In this document: positions 58,180 to 64,000 of the stretch, one piece after another
How the letters are laid out: each line of letters starts with the position of its first letter
Numbering within the stretch: position 1 is the stretch's first letter
From: Candidatus Latescibacterota bacterium
GTDB taxonomy: Bacteria > Latescibacterota > UBA2968 > UBA8231
NCBI GenBank assembly: GCA_965223905.1
Contig: CBDCXV010000010.1
Location: 1,344,001 to 1,408,000 of the forward strand
Length of the DNA: 64,000 bases
Direction of reading: 5' to 3'
Notes under the pieces: model-generated
Seen by the model: only the letters and a program-made list of their open reading frames with translations
What the model was told of the DNA's origin: nothing
Database searches by the model: none
Made by a program: the position numbers and the translations under genes

Positions 58180-61100
58180 ATGCTGGCCGAAGACAAACGC
58201 CTCATCGAAGTCGCCTTCCCCCTGAAGCAGGTCTCCCTCGACTCCGTGCACGAGAAAAACGTGCGCCACGGCCACATTTCCACCCTGCACATCTGGCCGG
58301 CGCGCAGGCCGCTGGCTGCCTGCCGGGCGGCGCTGATCGCGACCCTTCTACCCGACCCAGGAAAGCCCGAGGAGCGCAAGGCGGTCCTTGAACGGATGGC
58401 AGGGCGGGTCATCGAGAGGACCGAGCGCAAGCGCGTGAACGGCCGCGTGGTCGAGCGTGTGAAGGAGGAAACGGACGGCGGCATCCTCCACTGGGGCCGG
58501 GAGAAAGGCCCGGACTTGGAGTGGTTCCGCACCGAGATCCGCAAGGCCTACGGCGGCAGGGCGCCAAAGGTCCTCGACCCCTTCGCGGGCGGCGGTGCGA
58601 TTCCGCTCGAAGCTATGCGTCTCGGGTGCGAGGTGACGGCCATGGACATCAACCCGGTGGCCTGGTTCATCCTCAAGTGCACCCTCGAGTACCCCCAGAG
58701 GCTGGCCGGCCAGACCCGGCCGTTGCCCGGGTTCGCGCTGAAGGACCGGGAGTTCATGGAGGCCTTCCTGAAGGCCAAGGGCATCAGGGGCGCCCGGCTG
58801 CGGAGGCTGCTTGATCGCCTCGGACACGGCGACCGCCTCGACGTCCAGCTTGACGCTCTGCCCGGGGGCGACCCAATCATCGAAGCGGACCTCGCCTGGC
58901 ACGTGCGCGCCTGGGGCCGGTGGGTGCTGGCCATGGCGCGCAGAGAACTGGCTTCGTGCTACCCCACCTATGCCGAGTTTGAGCCCCTGAAGCCGGGGCG
59001 GGACTTCGAGCCCCGGCCGATGCGGCTGCTGGAGGTTGACCAAGAGGGCGTGCCCCAGGTGGACCCACTCAACGTGGAGTTCGACGAGGGCTACCTCAAG
59101 GACCCGCGCAATCCGCGCTGGGTCGCCAAACCGACGGTGGCCTATCTCTGGGCGCGCACCGTGGCCTGCAAGCAGTGTCGGGCGGAGTTGCCCCTGCTCA
59201 AGACCCGCTGGCTGTGCAGAAAGGACCGGAAGCGGGTGCTGCTTACCATGGAGCCGAACGCCGACCGGAGCGGCGTGGTCTTCGGCGTGCAGAGCGACGT
59301 GCCGCAGAACGGAGGCAACGGGGCGCAGCGGCGGGAGCACGACCGGCGCCTCGGCGAGGGCACCATGTCGCGGACTGGCGCCTCCTGCCCCTGCTGCGGT
59401 GCCATTGCGACCATGGAGGACATCCGCTTGGAAGGTCGAGCCGGAAGGTTGGGTGCGGTGATGACCTCTGTGGTCGTGGATGGGCAGAGAGGGAAAGAAT
59501 ACCGCCTGCCCACGGAGCACGAGCGGGCCGTGACGGAGGTGACCGAGGACCGGCTGCAGGCGCTCTACGCGGAGATTCCGTTCGGGTTGCCGGAGGAGCA
59601 GACGCCGAAGGCGGGGATCGGTGCATCGCGCGCTTTCTCGGTGGACGGCTATGGCTTCGACACCTGGCGGAAGCTGTTTACGAATCGGCAGCTGTTGGCG
59701 CTTGGGACGTTCGTTCGGAACCTTCGAAGCCTGATGCACGAACTCGACGACTGGCCGGAGGATTGGCGCGAGGCGTTGATTGCGAATCTCGCCCTCGTCA
59801 ACGACCGGCTCGCTGACTATTCCAGCGCGATCTGTTCTTGGAACAACGGTAGAGAAGTAATCAGAAATACGTTTGGGCGATTTGCTCTGCCCATAGTCTG
59901 GGATTTTTCCGAACCAAATCCACTATCAGATAGCTCTGGAAACTATTGCGGCGCAGTTGATTGGGTCTTCAAGGTCTGCCAGCATCTCCAGGGAAATGTC
60001 GATGCTGCCCGAGGCGGCAAGAGCGTCTGTGGGTCAGCCATTGTCGGTCCCACTGATAGTGTCGATCTGATTCTGACCGACCCTCCTTACTACGACGCCA
60101 TCCCCTACTCCGACCTGATGGACTTCTTTCATGTATGGCTGAGGCGCTCGGTTCCGGGATTGTCCGCCGAGGTCGAGTCTGTCTTCTCCGAAACCCTCGG
60201 TCCCAAATGGGATCATGAAAGCGGCGACGGCGAACTCATAGACGACGCCGGCAGGTTCGGCGGCGACAGGGAGCGTTCCAAACAGAACTATGAAGACGGC
60301 ATGGCCCGCTGCTTCCGCTCTTGTCATGCGGCGTTGCGCCCGGACGGACGGCTCGTGATCGTGTTTGCCAACAAGCAACCCGAGGCTTGGGAGACCCTGG
60401 TCGCCGCCCTGATTCGGGCCGGCTTCGTCGTCGATGGCTCTTGGCCAATCCAGACAGAGAGAAGTTCCAGGACTCGCGCCATGGCCTCTGCTGCCCTGTC
60501 ATCCTCGGTCTGGATCGTCTGCAAGAAACGGTCCGCCACACGCCCCGGCTGGGACAACAAGGTTCTAGAGGAAATGCGCCAGAACATCACCCAACAACTG
60601 CGAGACTTCTGGGACGCCGGGATCCGAGGCCCCGACTTCGTGTGGGCCGCCACCGGCCCGGCCCTCGAAGCCTTCAGCAAGTATCCCGTGGTCAAGAAGG
60701 CGAACTCCCCGGGCGAGCAGATGGCCGTGTCCGAGTTCCTGCGCCAAGTGCGGCGCATGGTCGTCGACTTCGTGGTCGGCCGCGTGCTGATCCAGGATGA
60801 CGCCGCACCGCAGGCCGATGGGCAGGAGTCCGAGACCGGCCTTGACGACGTCACCACCTACTACCTGCTCCACCGCAACGACTTCGGCATGGGGGAAGCT
60901 CCGGTGGGAGGCTGCATCCTCTACGCTCTGTCCTGCAACCTCTCCGACTCCGCCCTGGTCAACCAGCACGACCTTCTGACCCAGCCGGGCAAGAGGGGAG
61001 CCGTGGACGAAGTCGAGGAGGAGGAGGACGCGCCCGAAGAGGCAGAGGAGACGGGCGGCGGCGCCAAGGTGAAGTTGAAGCCCTGGCATCGGAGAAAGGG

Positions 61101-61398
61101 CCGCAACCTCGGCCTGGAGGGCCAGGGGGGACGGCCAGCGCCCCTCATCGACCAGGTGCACAAGCTCATGCACCTCTGGCGCGCCGGGGACCAGGTGAAG
61201 GTGAATGACTACCTCGATACCCGCGGCCTGCCCCGCAATGCCCTGTTCAACCGGATCCTGCAGGCGCTCATCGAGCTGGCTGACGAAGGCTCGGAAGAGC
61301 GCTCAATTCTCGAGTCGGTGAGCAACCACGCGGCCGGCCGCGGCGGCGTCCAGGCACGGCGACAGAGGCAGCTTCAGTTCGGAGGAGCCGAGCGATAA
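58180..61398 (+). CDS. DUF1156-type N6-adenine DNA methyltransferase with Zn ribbon
   Basis: RLIEVAFP, LHIWPARRPLAACRA, DPFAGGGAIPLE (motif I), CKQC/CPCC, TDPPYY (motif IV). Confidence 0.93.
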   Translation: MLAEDKRLIEVAFPLKQVSLDSVHEKNVRHGHISTLHIWPARRPLAACRAALIATLLPDPGKPEERKAVLERMAGRVIERTERKRVNGRVVERVKEETDGGILHWGREKGPDLEWFRTEIRKAYGGRAPKVLDPFAGGGAIPLEAMRLGCEVTAMDINPVAWFILKCTLEYPQRLAGQTRPLPGFALKDREFMEAFLKAKGIRGARLRRLLDRLGHGDRLDVQLDALPGGDPIIEADLAWHVRAWGRWVLAMARRELASCYPTYAEFEPLKPGRDFEPRPMRLLEVDQEGVPQVDPLNVEFDEGYLKDPRNPRWVAKPTVAYLWARTVACKQCRAELPLLKTRWLCRKDRKRVLLTMEPNADRSGVVFGVQSDVPQNGGNGAQRREHDRRLGEGTMSRTGASCPCCGAIATMEDIRLEGRAGRLGAVMTSVVVDGQRGKEYRLPTEHERAVTEVTEDRLQALYAEIPFGLPEEQTPKAGIGASRAFSVDGYGFDTWRKLFTNRQLLALGTFVRNLRSLMHELDDWPEDWREALIANLALVNDRLADYSSAICSWNNGREVIRNTFGRFALPIVWDFSEPNPLSDSSGNYCGAVDWVFKVCQHLQGNVDAARGGKSVCGSAIVGPTDSVDLILTDPPYYDAIPYSDLMDFFHVWLRRSVPGLSAEVESVFSETLGPKWDHESGDGELIDDAGRFGGDRERSKQNYEDGMARCFRSCHAALRPDGRLVIVFANKQPEAWETLVAALIRAGFVVDGSWPIQTERSSRTRAMASAALSSSVWIVCKKRSATRPGWDNKVLEEMRQNITQQLRDFWDAGIRGPDFVWAATGPALEAFSKYPVVKKANSPGEQMAVSEFLRQVRRMVVDFVVGRVLIQDDAAPQADGQESETGLDDVTTYYLLHRNDFGMGEAPVGGCILYALSCNLSDSALVNQHDLLTQPGKRGAVDEVEEEEDAPEEAEETGGGAKVKLKPWHRRKGRNLGLEGQGGRPAPLIDQVHKLMHLWRAGDQVKVNDYLDTRGLPRNALFNRILQALIELADEGSEERSILESVSNHAAGRGGVQARRQRQLQFGGAER

Positions 61399-61412
61399 CC
61401 GGAGGAAGTTCG

Positions 61413-62720
61413 ATGATTACCTCGATTCGACTCGTGAACTTCAAGAACTTCGCCGACGAGACCCTGCGCGTCGGCCCATTCACCGTAATCGTGGGCGCGA
61501 ATGCCAGCGGCAAAAGCAACATCCGCGATGCCTTCCGCTTCCTGCACGGCATCGGCCGGGGCTATACGCTGGCGGAGATCATCGGCGGCAAGTACGGCCC
61601 CGGCGGTCAGCGGGCGTGGGAGCCGATCCGGGGAGCAGCGAATGAGATTGTCAGGTTCGGACAATCCGGGTTCTCAATTGAGGTGGGCATCCAATTGAAG
61701 GCCGCAGACGTATGCTATTTGATCGAAGTTGGATACGAAAGAGAGAACAATGAGTTCCGGATTGCACGAGAGAAACTTACCGGAAGAATCAAGCCGGGAT
61801 ATGCGAAGGAGCACCGGTCTTTCACCGTTAACAGCAATCCCGATCGAGCTGCTTCCGTACCAACGCCGGCGGATGGCTATCCCCTGCTTTACAGAATCTT
61901 CCTATCGATCAGAGAGAGAGATCCTACCTTCCAAAAGGAACTCGACTCTATGGTGGAGACAATGGGTGAACCCATATCGATATCCCAGCCCAGCAAGGAG
62001 TTTCTGGATCCACACATTCTACAGACGATGGCCATCTTCGCCGGCATGCGCTTTCTGGAGTTGTCCCCGGAGCGCATGCGGGAGCCGGCCCTTCCTGGTC
62101 ACACTGTCCTGGGAGACTCAGGCGAGAACTTGGCCGTGGTGCTCAAAGCCCTCTGCTCGGATGCCGAACGTAAGGATGTCCTGACGGCGTGGCTGCGAGA
62201 ACTCACCCCCATGGATGTAAGGGATCTAAGATTTCCACATGACCCCAGCGGTCGAGTCCATCTCCAAATCCTGGAGGGCAACGAGAGAACGGTATCCGCC
62301 TATAGCGCCTCGGACGGCACCCTCCGGTTCCTCGCCCTGCTGGCCCTGCTGCTCGGCAAGAGGTCCAATGGATTGTACTTCTTCGAGGAGATCGACACCG
62401 GAATTCACCCGGCGCGCCAGTCGCTCTTGCTGGAACTGATCGAAAAGCAGGCCGCAAAGGGAGGAGTTCAGATGATCACCACCACCCATGCGCCGGATCT
62501 GCTGACTCTTGTCAACGACACCACCTTCGAGGACATGTCCATCGTTTGCCGGTTGGAAGACTCGGACGATGCCATCATTCGCCTGGTTGCCGAACTGCCC
62601 AACGCAAGACAACTGCGGAAGTCCGGGAGCGGGTTGGGAGGGCTGCTTATGGAAGGCTGGATGGAGACCGCCCTGGCCTTCACCGAAAACTACGAGGAAG
62701 CGGAGGGAGACGGCGAGTGA
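61413..62720 (+). CDS. ABC-type AAA_21-like ATPase
   Basis: GANASGKSN, SDGTLR, FEEIDTGIHP, TTTHAP. Confidence 0.92.
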   Translation: MITSIRLVNFKNFADETLRVGPFTVIVGANASGKSNIRDAFRFLHGIGRGYTLAEIIGGKYGPGGQRAWEPIRGAANEIVRFGQSGFSIEVGIQLKAADVCYLIEVGYERENNEFRIAREKLTGRIKPGYAKEHRSFTVNSNPDRAASVPTPADGYPLLYRIFLSIRERDPTFQKELDSMVETMGEPISISQPSKEFLDPHILQTMAIFAGMRFLELSPERMREPALPGHTVLGDSGENLAVVLKALCSDAERKDVLTAWLRELTPMDVRDLRFPHDPSGRVHLQILEGNERTVSAYSASDGTLRFLALLALLLGKRSNGLYFFEEIDTGIHPARQSLLLELIEKQAAKGGVQMITTTHAPDLLTLVNDTTFEDMSIVCRLEDSDDAIIRLVAELPNARQLRKSGSGLGGLLMEGWMETALAFTENYEEAEGDGE

Positions 62721-63289
62721 ACGTCCTCATCATCCCCGAGGATTTCCGCAAGGATCAGTACATTCTGAAACCTCTTTTCTCAAGGCTCTTTCGATCTATT
62801 GGTAGGCGGCATGTGCAGGTTGAGGTTTGCCGTGATCCCCTACTCGGTGGCTTCCGGGAAGCGCTGAAGTCGGAACGCATGGCAGAGGTGGTCAGAAAGC
62901 ATGGGGGAATGACGGATATCTTCATCCTGATCATTGATCGTGACGGCGACACGAATCGTCGCCAGAGCCTCGACCGTCTCGAGGTGCAATTCGGCAGCGA
63001 TCGGGCCTTCCTGGCCGAGAATGCCTGGGAGGAAATCGAGACCTGGGTCCTTGCGGGCCTGAGGTTGCCGGATGATTGGACTTGGGCGGAGGTGCGCGCG
63101 GAGATCCAAGTCAAGGAGGAGTACTTCGACCGGCTTGTCGTCGAACGCGGCTTGTCAGACGCGCCCGGCGGTGGCCGTAAGCCTCTGGGAGAAGAGGCAT
63201 CGCGCCGGATCGATGCGATTCGGCAGAAGTGTCCCGAGGATTTCGATGCCCTTGCCGGGCGTCTGGGGACCGCTGCCGGCGTCACATGA
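62717..63289 (+). CDS. TOPRIM-like (DUF4276/RloB-like) protein
   Basis: LIIPED, IIDRDGD (DxD), EEIETWVLA; GTGA overlap with the ATPase. Confidence 0.75.
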   Translation: MNVLIIPEDFRKDQYILKPLFSRLFRSIGRRHVQVEVCRDPLLGGFREALKSERMAEVVRKHGGMTDIFILIIDRDGDTNRRQSLDRLEVQFGSDRAFLAENAWEEIETWVLAGLRLPDDWTWAEVRAEIQVKEEYFDRLVVERGLSDAPGGGRKPLGEEASRRIDAIRQKCPEDFDALAGRLGTAAGVT

Positions 63290-63300
63290 GGAGACCACCA

Positions 63301-63612
63301 ATGCTTGATCAGAACACCCTGGATGACATCATCCGGCGCATCGTGGAGGTGGCGCAGCCGGAGCGCATCGTCCTCTTCGGGTCCGCTGCCCGGGGCGCCA
63401 TGACCCCGAACAGCGACGTGGATCTTCTCATCATCAAGGAGGGAGGAGACGCGAATCTCAGGGTCCGGATCTACGAGAAGTTGTACGGCGTTCGGGTCGC
63501 GGTCGATGCGATCCTGGTCACGCCGTCGGACGTAGAGCGCTACAAGGATAGCCATGCGTTGGTCATCAAGCCGGCGCTGCAGGAAGGAAGGGTGGTCTAT
63601 GAGTCCACCTGA
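63301..63612 (+). CDS. Minimal nucleotidyltransferase (MNT) antitoxin
   Basis: VLFGSAARG..SDVDLL. Confidence 0.92.
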   Translation: MLDQNTLDDIIRRIVEVAQPERIVLFGSAARGAMTPNSDVDLLIIKEGGDANLRVRIYEKLYGVRVAVDAILVTPSDVERYKDSHALVIKPALQEGRVVYEST

Positions 63613-64000
63613 GCGGTTTCCTCCGGATGATCCTCGCGAGTGGCTGAACCGCGCCAGAAGCAATCTCGCGATGGCGGGGAACCGCGTCCCCGGTGCCTAC
63701 TTGGAGGACCTGTGCTTTCAGGCGCAGCAAGCCGCCGAGAAGGCCGTCAAGGCCGTGATGATCTTGCGCAACATCGATTTCCCTTACGTGCACAACCTGG
63801 CCCTTCTGCTCTCGATGCTTGAAGAGAATGGTGAGGATGTCCCGGACAGGATTCGCCGCGCTGTGGGACTCACCCCCTATGCCGTGGACACGCGCTATCC
63901 AGGCGTTGACCAGCCTGTGTCCGAAGAGGCGTACCGGGATGCGATAGAGATCGCCGAGGCTGTAATCCAGTGGGCGGAGGAGCGGGCAACCTGCCGGGAG
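63599..64000 (+). CDS. HEPN-domain toxin, 3'-partial
   Basis: WLNRARSNL..CFQAQQAAEKAVKA..HNL..YAVDTRYP; runs off the window edge. Confidence 0.9.
   Translation, partial: MSPPERFPPDDPREWLNRARSNLAMAGNRVPGAYLEDLCFQAQQAAEKAVKAVMILRNIDFPYVHNLALLLSMLEENGEDVPDRIRRAVGLTPYAVDTRYPGVDQPVSEEAYRDAIEIAEAVIQWAEERATCRE

Noticed and set aside
49583-61398. Calling the island canonical DISARM or BREX
   Set aside because: No drmA/drmB/drmC, pglZ or brxC in the window, and the methylase is DUF1156-type.
1-64000. tRNA, rRNA, integrase or prophage genes
   Set aside because: None recognised by eye; small ncRNAs cannot be excluded without Infernal or tRNAscan.

Overview
GC-rich bacterial window that looks like an uncultured, catabolically versatile lineage (several PhyH dioxygenases, UxuA-like proteins, GHL10-like proteins); taxonomy cannot be fixed from the sequence. 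It has four parts. (1) 1-8.5 kb: an integron-type gene-cassette array. At least five related attC sites are present, three cassettes have mutually complementary ends, no integrase lies in the window, and the array decays distally. (2) 8.8-25 kb: toxin-antitoxin genes and remnants, an ISL3 inserted in a HEPN gene, an ISKra4-like IS, an IS91-like remnant and catabolic genes. (3) 25-49 kb: sugar/acid catabolic genes, plus a probable selenoprotein (in-frame UGA in a UxxC motif with a SECIS-like hairpin) that the ORF track splits in two. (4) 49.5-64 kb: a co-directional defence island built on an XRE-HTH/SNF2-helicase/DUF3883 fusion and a DUF1156-type adenine methyltransferase, interleaved with ATPase-TOPRIM pairs, an AAA/PD-(D/E)XK-like gene, an aspartic-protease pair and MNT-HEPN; it continues past the window edge. 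Many frameshifts and chimeric gene fragments suggest genome decay and/or sequencing or assembly error. No rRNA, tRNA or CRISPR array was seen. Family assignments come from motif recognition, not from database searches.
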